NCBI GenBank assembly: GCA_052034405.1
Contig: JBPOIO010000020.1
Span: forward strand, 9,699 to 73,698
Reading direction: 5' to 3'
DNA: 64,000 bases
Source of the DNA: Candidatus Magasanikiibacteriota bacterium
GTDB lineage: Bacteria > Patescibacteriota > Patescibacteriia > Magasanikbacterales > UBA922
The notes under the pieces were generated by a model. The model saw only the letters and a program-made list of their open reading frames with translations. It made no database searches and was not told the DNA's origin. The position numbers and the translations under genes were made by a program. Below are positions 36,653-46,396 of the stretch, piece by piece. Numbering within the stretch: position 1 is the first letter of the stretch; each line of letters begins with the position of its first letter.

Positions 36653-37612
36653 ATGCAAAAACGACTCTTTCTTATCCTCGGCGCACTCATACTCTGTATT
36701 GCTGCGCTTGTATATCTTCAACGCCATGAAATACAAACTTTGTATCAGAAATTTTTTGTAGCCAAAACTTTGCAAGTACAAAATGAGGCTTCTTCTGAAC
36801 AGGAAGCAAACATAAAAATAACATTTCTCGATATTGGTCAGGGTGATGCTAGTTTTATTGATTGGCCAGATGGGACGCAGATGCTCGTCGATTGTGCTAT
36901 TGATGCTCGTATTCTCGAGGCGCTTGGCCGGGTGATGAGTCCATTTGATCGCAAGATAGACTATCTTGTCGTAAGTCACCCAGATCAAGATCACTATGGT
37001 GGATGTGTCGATGTTTTGAAGCGCTTTGAGGTAAAGCATATTGTCTACAATGGTTACAAAAAAAATAGCAGTCAGTATTTGCCAGTATTTTTGCAGACGG
37101 TCGAGGATGAAAAAAAAGATGGAGCCGAGTATATTGAAGTAGACCATGAACAAAGCTGGACTATCAACAGCTCGACACTGCATTTTCTCTATCCAGATTT
37201 GCCGATCAATAGCCATCCATTTTTGTCAAAAGTTTCAAAAAACGATGTTTCAAACAATACTTCGATTCTCATGATTTTGCAGTATGGACACAAAAAAGTT
37301 ATGTTTACCGGGGACAGCGAATTTGAAGAAGAAAATTATCTGATGAGCAAATTTTCAAGTGCCACCCTCGACGTGGACGTTCTCAAAGTTGGCCATCATG
37401 GAAGTAGTGGGTCGACATCGGATGCCTTCCTCAAAGTTTTGACCCCAGAGTATGCGATTATTTCGTCGGGAAAGGAAAATAAGTATGGACATCCAAGTTT
37501 GCGGACCTTGCATCGCCTTGAACGTGCCAATTCTCAAGTTTGGCGAACGGACACAAGAGGTGATATAATACTTAACATATATGAAGATACAATCATTTTC
37601 CAAAATCACTAA
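36653..37612 (+). CDS. Metallo-beta-lactamase nuclease domain of ComEC (separate gene)
   Basis: DIGQGDA, SHPDQDHYGG, KVGHHGS, NKYGHP, RTD. Confidence 0.9.
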   Translation: MQKRLFLILGALILCIAALVYLQRHEIQTLYQKFFVAKTLQVQNEASSEQEANIKITFLDIGQGDASFIDWPDGTQMLVDCAIDARILEALGRVMSPFDRKIDYLVVSHPDQDHYGGCVDVLKRFEVKHIVYNGYKKNSSQYLPVFLQTVEDEKKDGAEYIEVDHEQSWTINSSTLHFLYPDLPINSHPFLSKVSKNDVSNNTSILMILQYGHKKVMFTGDSEFEEENYLMSKFSSATLDVDVLKVGHHGSSGSTSDAFLKVLTPEYAIISSGKENKYGHPSLRTLHRLERANSQVWRTDTRGDIILNIYEDTIIFQNH

Positions 37613-39077
37613 ATATCTTGTTATTGGGGCAGCCTGTTTTTTTCTTTCAGGGGTGGTCCATGCTGAACCATTTAATTTTGTCGTTAATAGAGGTTTGTGG
37701 ATGTCCAAAAAAGACGTCTTTGCCGGTTCTTCGGTCAAAATTTATGGAGTTGTGGTGAATAATAATTTTTCTACACTTTCTGCTACGGTAGATTTTTTGA
37801 GTAATGGGCAAAGTATTGGTAAAACTCGAGTAGAAAATATAAAATTTGAAGAGGCTCGGCAGGTGTATGTAGAGTATCTTCTTCCTGCTGGAAGTCTCAA
37901 AATGGAAATCAAGCTTGAATCAATTACTGCCAAAGATGCAGAGGGTAAAAATGTGGTTATTTCGGCCGATGAACTTGCTGCTTTTGGTGCAACACAAGAT
38001 TTTTTTATTGATATTGATACAGACAAAGATAAAATCGGAGATACAAAAGACCCTGACGATGACAACGATACCCTCAGTGATGAAGAAGAAAAAGTACGGG
38101 GGACAGATTCTCTTAAAGTGGATAGTGATGCAGATGGTATAAAAGACGCCGAAGAAGTAAAAAAAGGTTTGGATCCAACTCGTGCGGATAGTGATGGAGA
38201 TGGTACAAAAGATGCTCAGGATCTTTTTCCTCTTGATAAAAATGAATGGGCAGATGCAGACAAAGATGCTATTGGGGATAATGCTGATCCAGATGATGAT
38301 AATGATGGAGTACCCGATCAAGATGAAAAAACACAGGGGACAGATCCTGTAAAATCTGATACTGATGGCGATACACTGCTTGAAGGCGAAGAGCAAAAAT
38401 ATGGAACAAATCCATTAAAAAAAGATACAGATGGTGATGGAGTTGATGATAATTTTGAAATTGCCATGAAAACAGATCCTCTCAAAGCGGATACAGATAG
38501 TGATGGCCTTTCGGATAAAGAAGAAGCGACTCAAAAAACGAGTCCGACTATTGCAGATACAGATAGTGATGGGGTTCTCGATGGAACAGAAGTCGCAGCA
38601 AAGAGTAATCCACTTAAAGTTGATAGTGATGGAGACGGGGTACTCGATAAAGACGATGCTTTTCCAAATGATTCCAGTGAATCCAAAGATAGTGATGGAG
38701 ACGAAATTGCTGACAACAAAGACCAGGATGACGATAATGATGGCTTGACAGATGAGGAAGAATTGGGGTACCATACGGACCCATTGAAGGCAGATAGCGA
38801 CGGGGATGGCGTGAGTGATCACGAAGAGGTTCGTAAGGGCACAGACCCCAATAAAGCCGAGACTTCTTGGCTGAGTGTATTCAAAAAAACAGCTTCTGAA
38901 AGTAATTCGAGCAAACAGACTCCAGACTGGGTTTCTAGTTCTCCTTGGAAAAATATTGTTCAGTTTGGAGCTTTGATATCGTTTCTTGCCTTTGTATTTT
39001 TTGCTCTAAAATATCGTTTTAAAAAGAAAGCAATTCAAAAAAATAAAAATTATGACATTCTCAAAGACGACAAATAA
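37581..39077 (+). CDS. Surface protein with Ig-like domain, thrombospondin-type-3-like Ca-binding repeats and C-terminal TM anchor
   Basis: Signal peptide, many D(S/T)DxDG..D..E...T.P repeats, TM segment followed by a basic tail. Confidence 0.82.
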   Translation: MKIQSFSKITKYLVIGAACFFLSGVVHAEPFNFVVNRGLWMSKKDVFAGSSVKIYGVVVNNNFSTLSATVDFLSNGQSIGKTRVENIKFEEARQVYVEYLLPAGSLKMEIKLESITAKDAEGKNVVISADELAAFGATQDFFIDIDTDKDKIGDTKDPDDDNDTLSDEEEKVRGTDSLKVDSDADGIKDAEEVKKGLDPTRADSDGDGTKDAQDLFPLDKNEWADADKDAIGDNADPDDDNDGVPDQDEKTQGTDPVKSDTDGDTLLEGEEQKYGTNPLKKDTDGDGVDDNFEIAMKTDPLKADTDSDGLSDKEEATQKTSPTIADTDSDGVLDGTEVAAKSNPLKVDSDGDGVLDKDDAFPNDSSESKDSDGDEIADNKDQDDDNDGLTDEEELGYHTDPLKADSDGDGVSDHEEVRKGTDPNKAETSWLSVFKKTASESNSSKQTPDWVSSSPWKNIVQFGALISFLAFVFFALKYRFKKKAIQKNKNYDILKDDK

Positions 39078-39843
39078 AATAGTATTTTTGGCTTTCGTAC
39101 TGAGTATCACTTTTTTCTTTGCACCTGTAGTTCATGCAGATGTTTTGGACTCTGATCATGATGGTTTGACCGATACAGAAGAAACAACACTCTATGCAAC
39201 TGATCCAAATAATGCTGATACCGATGATGATAGTTTTCTTGACGGTCGTGAAGTAGACAGTGGTTATTCTCCACACTTTGGAAAAGGTGCTCGTTTGAGT
39301 CAAACAGATTTTGATGCGGATGGTTTGAACGATGCTATGGAAATTCGTTTTCATACAAACCTTGGCTCCAAAGATAGCGACGGCGATGCTCATCTTGATC
39401 TTGATGAAGTTCTTTTTGGTTATGATCCAAGCTCTGCCTCCACAGACATTCGACTTTCTCGTGCGGTTATTGTAGATCGTAGTACTCAAAGATTGTCTTA
39501 TCAAGTAAGTGGAATAGAAATGAAAAATTTTCCAGTTTCTACTGGAAACCCATTTACTCCAACTCCAGAAGGAGAATTTTCTGTACAAAGAAAACGTGAG
39601 TATGTGGATTATATTGGTGTAGGGTATAGTTACCCTCATACTCGTTGGAATTTGCAATTTTTGCCACATTACTACCTTCATACAGCTTATTGGCATAATG
39701 ATTTTGGTGTTCGTACTCGTTCCCATGGTTGTGTCAATATGCGTGAGGCTGATGCTGGATTTTTGTTCAAATACCTTGAAGTTGGGGTTCCTGTGACCGT
39801 TACTGGAACAACTCCAATTCACCTTTATGTAGCCTCAAAATAA
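39052..39843 (+). CDS. L,D-transpeptidase (YkuD family) with N-terminal Ca-binding repeats
   Basis: VSTG, TPEG, H.AYWH..FG...SHGCVNM. Confidence 0.88.
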   Translation: MTFSKTTNKIVFLAFVLSITFFFAPVVHADVLDSDHDGLTDTEETTLYATDPNNADTDDDSFLDGREVDSGYSPHFGKGARLSQTDFDADGLNDAMEIRFHTNLGSKDSDGDAHLDLDEVLFGYDPSSASTDIRLSRAVIVDRSTQRLSYQVSGIEMKNFPVSTGNPFTPTPEGEFSVQRKREYVDYIGVGYSYPHTRWNLQFLPHYYLHTAYWHNDFGVRTRSHGCVNMREADAGFLFKYLEVGVPVTVTGTTPIHLYVASK

Positions 39844-39852
39844 TGAATCTCT

Positions 39853-41229
39853 ATGAATACTACTCCCTCAATGGATAATCTCATTTCTTTGTGTAAGCGT
39901 CGTGGTTTTGTGTTTCCAGGAAGTGAAATTTATGGTGGTTTGGCCAACTCTTGGGACTACGGTCCACTTGGTGCTCAGCTCAAAAAAAATATCAAAGACT
40001 TTTGGTGGAAAACTTTTGTACAAACTCGTGAAGATATGGTGCCTTTTGATGGGGCAATTTTGATGAACCCACGGGTTTGGGAAGCGTCTGGACATGTGGC
40101 AACGTTTCATGATCCATTGGTAGAAGATGTTGTGACACACAAACGCTATCGTGCAGATCATTTGCTTGAAGATGCTGGAATCAATCCTACAGGAATGACT
40201 ATTGAACAAATGGGGCAGGCTATTGTGGAAAACAAATTAAAAAGTCCAGAAGGAAATCAATTGTCTGCGCCTCGTCAGTTCAATATGATGTTTCAAACAA
40301 CGATTGGTCCTGTGCAAACAGACAGTGATAACATTGTGTATTTGCGTCCAGAAACAGCACAGGCAATGTTTGTAAACTTCAAACAAGTTGCAAGTACAAC
40401 ACGCAAGCGTTTGCCTTTTGGTATTGCTCAGATTGGAAAGGCTTTTCGAAACGAAATTACTCCTGGAAATTTTATTTTCCGAACTTTGGAATTTGAACAA
40501 ATGGAAATTGAGTACTTTCTTGAAGAAAAAGATTGGCAAGAAGTTTTTGAACAGTGGACCAAAGATATTGAAAAATTTGCCCTCGGTCTTGGTATTGATA
40601 CTACAAAAATTCATCATTTTGAAGTGCCTGCAGAAGATCGTGCCCACTACTCCAAACGTACTATTGATTTCATGTTTGATTTTCCTTTTGGTCAAAAAGA
40701 ACTGTGGGGAATGGCTTACCGCACCGATTATGATTTGAATGCACACCAAACACATTCAAAACAATCTCTTGAATATATTGACCCAGATGACAATAAACGC
40801 AAATTTACTCCACATGTGATCGAACCTTCTTTTGGTGTTGATCGTACATTGTTGGCGCTTTTATCAAGTGTGTACAAAGAAGAAATTGTGGCCGAAGGGG
40901 ATACTCGTATTGTGCTTCAATTTTTGCCACATATGGCTCCATACCAAGTAGCCGTACTTCCTCTTATGAAAAAAGACGGTATGAGTGAACGTGCCAAAGA
41001 AATTTATCGCGAATTGCTCAAAGATTTTCGTGTTGACTATGACGAAGCAGGAAGTCTTGGAAAACGCTATCGTCGTGAAGATGAAATTGGTACACCATAT
41101 TGTGTTACGATTGACTACGAGACATTTGAAGATAACGCTGTAACCGTTCGTGATCGTGATACTATGCAGCAAGAACGTATTGCTGTGGCAGAACTCAAAA
41201 ATTATTTAGCACAAAAGATGATTTTTTAA
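39853..41229 (+). CDS. glyS: Glycine-tRNA ligase (alpha2 type)
   Basis: KRRGF, LRPETAQ, FRNEI, EFEQMEIE, IEPSFG. Confidence 0.96.
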   Translation: MNTTPSMDNLISLCKRRGFVFPGSEIYGGLANSWDYGPLGAQLKKNIKDFWWKTFVQTREDMVPFDGAILMNPRVWEASGHVATFHDPLVEDVVTHKRYRADHLLEDAGINPTGMTIEQMGQAIVENKLKSPEGNQLSAPRQFNMMFQTTIGPVQTDSDNIVYLRPETAQAMFVNFKQVASTTRKRLPFGIAQIGKAFRNEITPGNFIFRTLEFEQMEIEYFLEEKDWQEVFEQWTKDIEKFALGLGIDTTKIHHFEVPAEDRAHYSKRTIDFMFDFPFGQKELWGMAYRTDYDLNAHQTHSKQSLEYIDPDDNKRKFTPHVIEPSFGVDRTLLALLSSVYKEEIVAEGDTRIVLQFLPHMAPYQVAVLPLMKKDGMSERAKEIYRELLKDFRVDYDEAGSLGKRYRREDEIGTPYCVTIDYETFEDNAVTVRDRDTMQQERIAVAELKNYLAQKMIF

Positions 41230-41231
41230 TT

Positions 41232-42491
41232 ATGTTTGAAAAATATCAACTCAAAAATAAAATGAATGTGCTTTTGGTGCCTCAGACTGATACTCGTAGT
41301 GCCACATTTATGGTGATGTATCCTGTTGGTTCTCGTTACGAAACAGAATCTTTGCGTGGAGCGTCACATTTTGTAGAGCACCTCATGTTCAAAGGGACAC
41401 ACAAACGCAAAAGTACACTTATTTTGACTCGTGAGATTGATAGACTTGGGGCAGAGTACAATGCTTTTACGGGCAAAGAATATACTGCTTACTATATCAA
41501 AGTAGATGCGAATTATTCTCGTATTGCGCTTGATATTCTCTCAGACATGCTCAACAATTCAAGATTTGATCCAAAAGAAATGGAACGTGAAAAAAATGTG
41601 ATTGTCGAAGAACTTCGTATGTATCGCGACAATCCTCTTATGAATATTGATAATTTGTTTGAGGAGCTCATGTTCCAAGGTTCTACATTGGGGAGAGATA
41701 TTGGGGGAACAGATAAACATGTACTCAATTTTGACCGTGATGAAGTCATGGCCTATCACGATAAATATTATAGTCCAAGAAATGCAACATTGGTTGTTGC
41801 TGGGAAAATTGATGATACCCTCAAGCGTTCTATCGAACAGTATTTTGATGTATATGAAAGTGGTGGTAGTTCAAAGCAAAACTTTAAGCCAAGTAATTTT
41901 GGACCAAATGCACACAAAGACCGTTTGATCATTCAAGAAAAAGTAACGGATCAAGTACAGCTTATGCTTGGTTGGCCAGCATTTGCTCGCGGCGATGATC
42001 GAAATTACGCCCTTGGAATACTCAATACTATTTTGGGTGGATCTATGTGTTCACGTTTGTTTATCGAGGTTCGTGAACGTCGAGGTTTGGCATATAGTAT
42101 ACGCAGTGGAAACGAGACATTTCGTGATACAGGATATAGCTCTGTTCGTGTGGGTCTTGATCCAAAAAATCTCAACAAAGCTATTGCGCTTATCAAATCC
42201 GAGATCATGAAGATGCTCGCAAAAGGTGTGACAGACAAAGAACTTCGTGATGCAAAAACACATATTCGTGGATCACTGACTTTGTCACTTGAAGATTCAG
42301 AAACACAGGCAAACTGGTTTGCTCGTAAATCTGTGTTGTATGACGAAATCTCAACTCCAGAAGAAGAACTCCAAAAATTGGAAGCAGTCACCAAAGAAGA
42401 TATTAAAAAAGTTGCAAAATTGATTTTTGATTGGAATAAAACCCGTGTTGCGATTATCGGACCAGTGAAAAAAGACCAAGTCGTATTTTAA
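41232..42491 (+). CDS. M16 family zinc peptidase
   Basis: HFVEHLMFKG inverted zinc motif; RERRGLAY. Confidence 0.92.
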   Translation: MFEKYQLKNKMNVLLVPQTDTRSATFMVMYPVGSRYETESLRGASHFVEHLMFKGTHKRKSTLILTREIDRLGAEYNAFTGKEYTAYYIKVDANYSRIALDILSDMLNNSRFDPKEMEREKNVIVEELRMYRDNPLMNIDNLFEELMFQGSTLGRDIGGTDKHVLNFDRDEVMAYHDKYYSPRNATLVVAGKIDDTLKRSIEQYFDVYESGGSSKQNFKPSNFGPNAHKDRLIIQEKVTDQVQLMLGWPAFARGDDRNYALGILNTILGGSMCSRLFIEVRERRGLAYSIRSGNETFRDTGYSSVRVGLDPKNLNKAIALIKSEIMKMLAKGVTDKELRDAKTHIRGSLTLSLEDSETQANWFARKSVLYDEISTPEEELQKLEAVTKEDIKKVAKLIFDWNKTRVAIIGPVKKDQVVF

Positions 42492-42506
42492 TCTTCATTC
42501 CCTTAT

Positions 42507-43244
42507 ATGAAATACATCTTTGGAAACTGGAAAATGTACTTGAATGTTGAAGACTCGCTTTTGTTGTCACAAGAACTTTCGAGAATAGCATTTTCAGAAG
42601 CAAAAGTTTGTATTTTCCCCAATGCGCTTGTATTTCGCGCTGTACAGGATATTTTGTCTCATAATAAAAACATACAGCTTGGGGCCCAAAACGTCGCTTG
42701 GACGCCTCAGGGAGCCTATACGGGGGCTCTCTCTGCAGAGCTCTACAAACAGTGTCAGGCAGAGTATGCTATTGTTGGTCACAGTGAACGACGATATATT
42801 TTTGGAGAGAGCAATAGTGATGTTCGAAAAAAAGTCGAAGCTTGTTTGGCCGCTCAAATCACTCCTGTAGTGTGTATTGGAGAAACACGTGAAGACAAAG
42901 AATCAAATACCCGAAGTATTCGTTTGAAAGAACAAATACAAGCAGTCTTTGAAAATCTTGATTGTAGCCCGGATCAAAATATTTTTATTGCCTACGAACC
43001 TGTTTGGGCTATTTCTCGAGGAGCTTCGGCCGATCCCTGTCTTCCTGCGGATGTAGAAGATGTGCATGCTTTTATTGTAACAGAAATAAAACACTATACA
43101 GAAAAAACAGTTCCAATTTTGTATGGTGGCAGTGTCAATGCAGAAAACATTTCTTCGTATCTTGATATCCCCAATGTCGATGGTGTCTTGGTAGGAAACG
43201 CATCTACCAAAAAAGAATTTTGGCAATTTGTATCACATTTATAA
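42507..43244 (+). CDS. tpiA: Triosephosphate isomerase
   Basis: GNWKM, GHSERR, AYEPVWAI, YGGSV. Confidence 0.96.
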   Translation: MKYIFGNWKMYLNVEDSLLLSQELSRIAFSEAKVCIFPNALVFRAVQDILSHNKNIQLGAQNVAWTPQGAYTGALSAELYKQCQAEYAIVGHSERRYIFGESNSDVRKKVEACLAAQITPVVCIGETREDKESNTRSIRLKEQIQAVFENLDCSPDQNIFIAYEPVWAISRGASADPCLPADVEDVHAFIVTEIKHYTEKTVPILYGGSVNAENISSYLDIPNVDGVLVGNASTKKEFWQFVSHL

Positions 43245-43247
43245 TCT

Positions 43248-44147
43248 ATGTACGCTCTTTTTCCTTTACTTCTTATCTTTTGTTCTTTTGCCGCGATTAT
43301 TTTTTTGATTGTAAAAAAATTTCCACAACTAACATTGCTTGATGTAGAAAGTATTCCAGAAGTAAAAGAAGAAAAGAAAAAAGATGAGTTTTTGAAAAAA
43401 CGTGCAGAAAAAAAGATCCAAGAAAAAAAAGAAAAAAAGAAAGTGAAGTGGCAACCACTTTTGGATTTTTCAGAGCATCTCCAATCTGGATTTCGCAGTT
43501 TTGTGGGGACTATTGAAAAAAAAGTTTTTCATATTAACTTTGCAAAAAATCGTGAAAAAAAATTGGAAGAGGGAATTACCCCAGAACAAGAGATTGCACT
43601 TCTTGTACACGAAGCTGAAAATGCTCGACATGCTGGAAATTTGGATCAGGCTGAAAAGAAATATATTGAAGTTATTCGTTTGGATCCAAAATATATTGAT
43701 GCCTATCGGGGTCTTGCCGAGGTATATATGGGACTTGGTCAAAAGAAAGAAGCCGAAGAAACCTATCAATTTTTGCATCATTTGCTTCCAAATGACGATA
43801 TGGTTTGTATACGTCTTGCAGAGTTGGCAGAAGAAGAGGGGAAAACGACCACAGCGATTCAATATTATGAGAAATCTTTGCTTCTTAATGACTCTATTGC
43901 GAGCCGTTTTGCGCACCTAGCGGGCCTTTTGGAGGGGGAAAAACAGTACCCAGCTGCACTCGAGGCCATGGAGCAATCTGTGGAGCTAGAACCCCAAAAT
44001 CCAAAATATCTTGACAATCTTATAGAACTTGCTATAATTGTGAGCGATAAAGAACTTGCCGAAGAGACCTACCAAAAGCTTCGCCTGGTAAACCCAGACA
44101 ATCACAAGCTTCCTCTCTTCAAAGACAAGATTCAGGCCCTAGGATAG
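43248..44147 (+). CDS. Membrane-anchored TPR protein
   Basis: N-terminal TM segment and TPR helices. Confidence 0.8.
   Translation: MYALFPLLLIFCSFAAIIFLIVKKFPQLTLLDVESIPEVKEEKKKDEFLKKRAEKKIQEKKEKKKVKWQPLLDFSEHLQSGFRSFVGTIEKKVFHINFAKNREKKLEEGITPEQEIALLVHEAENARHAGNLDQAEKKYIEVIRLDPKYIDAYRGLAEVYMGLGQKKEAEETYQFLHHLLPNDDMVCIRLAELAEEEGKTTTAIQYYEKSLLLNDSIASRFAHLAGLLEGEKQYPAALEAMEQSVELEPQNPKYLDNLIELAIIVSDKELAEETYQKLRLVNPDNHKLPLFKDKIQALG
44011..44038 (+). promoter_or_regulatory. Consensus sigma70 promoter inside the TPR gene, likely for the tRNA cluster
   Basis: TTGACA-N16-TATAAT. Confidence 0.6.
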
Positions 44148-44164
44148 GGGAAAATATCCACCAT

Positions 44165-44239
44165 GCCGAGATAGCTCAGCGGTAGAGCAGCTGTTTTGTA
44201 AACAGCGGGTCGCAGGTTCAAATCCTGTTCTCGGCTCCA
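44165..44239 (+). tRNA. tRNA-Thr(UGU)
   Basis: GCCGAGA/TCTCGGC acceptor stem, gctgt-TTTGTAA-acagc anticodon arm, GGTTCAAATCC, encoded CCA. Confidence 0.96.
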
Positions 44240-44300
44240 AGATAATTTACTAATTCAAGTAGTTTACTGAAACTCCTGGATATGGTAATGTGAGAGTAAT

Positions 44301-44912
44301 ATGATTACTCTTCAAAAAGAACAATTACCTCAGATTTTAGATCTTTACAATCAAGGACAGAGTGTTCGTGAAATTTCTGAAAAGTTCGATGTTTCTATTG
44401 ATGCAATGTTTTATTTTTTTCGTAAATATAAAATAGTAAGACGAAATGCCTCTGATAGAAATAAAGCTTTCTTTGAAAGAAAACAATTAAGTTTTTGTAT
44501 AAAAGAAAAACTTTCTTTGGAAGAAGAAAAATTAAAAGTTGCAGGTATAATGTTGTATTGGGGAGAAGGTTCGCAGTGGTCAGGAGAGAAGATTGTTGAT
44601 TTTGCAAATAGCAAACCAGAAATGATAAAAATATTTCTTCAATTTTTGCGAGATGTTTGTGGCATTGATGAAAGTAAGCTGCGTGTTTATGTATATGCTT
44701 ATGAAGATCAAGATCTGAAAAAGATAATGAATTTTTGGTCAAAGTTAACTCACATTCCATTAAAAAATTTTTCTAAGCCTTATATTCGAAAAGATTTTAA
44801 GGTTGAGAAGAGTGGAAAAATGGAATATGGACTTGTTCATATTCGATACTACGATAAAAAACTATTGCTTTTGATAAAGCAGTGGATTCAACAGTACGCT
44901 CAACAATATTGA
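44301..44912 (+). CDS. HTH plus single-motif LAGLIDADG-like endonuclease/maturase (free-standing)
   Basis: N-terminal HTH (LYNQGQSVREISEKFDVS), LAGLIDADG-like helix AGIMLYWGEGS followed by FANSKPEMI..F..FL. Confidence 0.68.
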   Translation: MITLQKEQLPQILDLYNQGQSVREISEKFDVSIDAMFYFFRKYKIVRRNASDRNKAFFERKQLSFCIKEKLSLEEEKLKVAGIMLYWGEGSQWSGEKIVDFANSKPEMIKIFLQFLRDVCGIDESKLRVYVYAYEDQDLKKIMNFWSKLTHIPLKNFSKPYIRKDFKVEKSGKMEYGLVHIRYYDKKLLLLIKQWIQQYAQQY

Positions 44913-44913
44913 T

Positions 44914-45203
44914 GGGTCGGTTCCAGAGCGGTCAAATGGGGCAGACTGTAAAAATGCAGCCCTTGAGGGAAACTTCGAGGTAAACTTTTCGGGATAACGG
45001 TGAAGGCTAAGTCCGTAGGCGGATATGCGAACACCGTGGGAACCCCAATATTTATTGGGGGCACCGTAGAGACTAGATACCGAAATACCTAATACTAAAT
45101 AAAATTGGTAATGGTAAAGATATAGTCCACGCCATAGAGAAATCTAGGGATAAGTGAAATCTGCTGGCTTACGCCTTCGCATGTTCGAATCATGCCCGGC
45201 CCA
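44914..45203 (+). tRNA. tRNA-Tyr(GUA), intron-split: exons 44914-44949 and 45157-45203
   Basis: Joined exons give GGGTCGG/CCGGCCC acceptor, gcaga-CTGTAAA-tctgc anticodon arm, long variable arm, gcatg-TTCGAAT-catgc. Confidence 0.93.
44950..45156 (+). ncRNA. Group I self-splicing intron (207 nt, no ORF) at tRNA position 35/36
   Basis: 5' exon ends in U; P1 ctgt/gcag with U.G; P3 tttcgg/ccgaaa; P4 acggtg/caccgt; R GTAGAGACTA; S AAGATATAGTCC; terminal G. Confidence 0.92.
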
Positions 45204-45245
45204 CAAAAAACTCTCCATATCGGAGAGCTTTTTTATTTTCAATTT

Positions 45246-45707
45246 TTAGAGTGTTTTCAAATCTGCAATAACCTGGTCCACATGATCAGCAGGTTTTACT
45301 ATTTCGTAGTGCCGTATTATTTTACCTTTTTCGTCAATGAGAAATGAGTCGCGTTGTATTCCCATATATTTTCGACCATACAGAGATTTTTCTCCCCACA
45401 CTCCATATTTTTCAACCACTTTTTTTTCTGTATCTGCAAGCAGGGGAAAGTTGAGCCCAAATTTCTCGGCAAATTTTTGGTGTTTTTTGACATCGTCACA
45501 ACTGACACCAAGTACTTGCACTCCAAATTTTTTGAGTTCATTGAGGCGATCACGAAAACTACAGGCTTCGGTGGTGCATCCTGGTGTGTCATCTTTGGGG
45601 TAAAAATAGAGCAAGACTTTTTTGCCAAGATAGTCTTTGAGTGCCTGTTTTTTGTTGCTTTGATCAAGAAGTGAAAATGCGGGGGCTTTTTTATTGAGAA
45701 GATCCAT
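45246..45707 (-). CDS. bcp: Thioredoxin-dependent peroxiredoxin BCP
   Basis: YFYPKDDTPGCTTEACSFRD. Confidence 0.94.
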   Translation of the reverse strand: MDLLNKKAPAFSLLDQSNKKQALKDYLGKKVLLYFYPKDDTPGCTTEACSFRDRLNELKKFGVQVLGVSCDDVKKHQKFAEKFGLNFPLLADTEKKVVEKYGVWGEKSLYGRKYMGIQRDSFLIDEKGKIIRHYEIVKPADHVDQVIADLKTL

Positions 45708-45835
45708 AAAAAAAATTAAACGTGAGTATATTTTTATTGTAACTGAATTTGTACTTATCCACAAGGGGCTCTTTTTTTTGCAATACGTGTTATACTAAAT
45801 ATAATTCCTTTGTCTTTATTTTTAACCTTTTCTCT

Positions 45836-46072
45836 ATGTGGAAAGGATGTATCGGTCACAAGATAAGTGGCCTTCTCGTAGTCGTAGGAGCCCTCAATTG
45901 GGGACTCGTTGGAGCATTTGAGTGGAATCTCGTAAATGCCCTTTTGGGACAATGGGCTATGGTAGAACGTATTGTGTACGTTTTGGTGGGGCTTGCTGCG
46001 ATTATGATGATCGTAGGATGCCGATGCAAACAATGCAAAGCTTGCTGCAGTACTGATGCAAAAAAAATGTAG
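45836..46072 (+). CDS. DUF378 small membrane protein
   Basis: LVVVGALNWGLVG...NLV...RIVYVLVGLA. Confidence 0.85.
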   Translation: MWKGCIGHKISGLLVVVGALNWGLVGAFEWNLVNALLGQWAMVERIVYVLVGLAAIMMIVGCRCKQCKACCSTDAKKM

Positions 46073-46180
46073 TTCACTTGTCGTGGACAGGAAACCCTTG
46101 AGATTCTCGAGGGTTTTTTGTTGGAGGAGAATATTGACGGTAGCGCTGCTTTGTAGTACAATATCTGCACTCTAAATAAT

Positions 46181-46256
46181 GCTGCCATAGCTCAGTTGGT
46201 AGAGCGCGGCCATGGTAAGGCCGAGGTCTCCAGTTCAATCCTGGATGGCAGCTCCA
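46181..46256 (+). tRNA. tRNA-Thr(GGU)
   Basis: GCTGCCA/TGGCAGC acceptor, cggcc-ATGGTAA-ggccg, encoded CCA; promoter TTGACG-N17-TACAAT at 46134-46162. Confidence 0.96.
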
Positions 46257-46396
46257 AAATGAAAACCGCTCATTCAAGCGGTTTTTTCATATATTATACG
46301 TTAAAATAGCATAAATGTTATACATATTAACGTATAATTGACAAAAACATGTTAATATGATATAATTTAAGCAGATTTATATTATACTCTATTTCT

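Noticed and set aside
35117-37612. Split comEC as a pseudogene
   Set aside because: Both ORFs are intact with their own starts and motifs; a separate MBL domain is a known arrangement
38010-39430. Repeated gatagtgatgg/gatacagat motifs resembling an array
   Set aside because: They are in-frame codons for Asp-rich calcium-binding repeats in two proteins; no constant repeat-spacer structure, so not CRISPR
39061-39822. Minus-strand 253-aa ORF
   Set aside because: Lies exactly antisense to the L,D-transpeptidase and has no recognisable motifs
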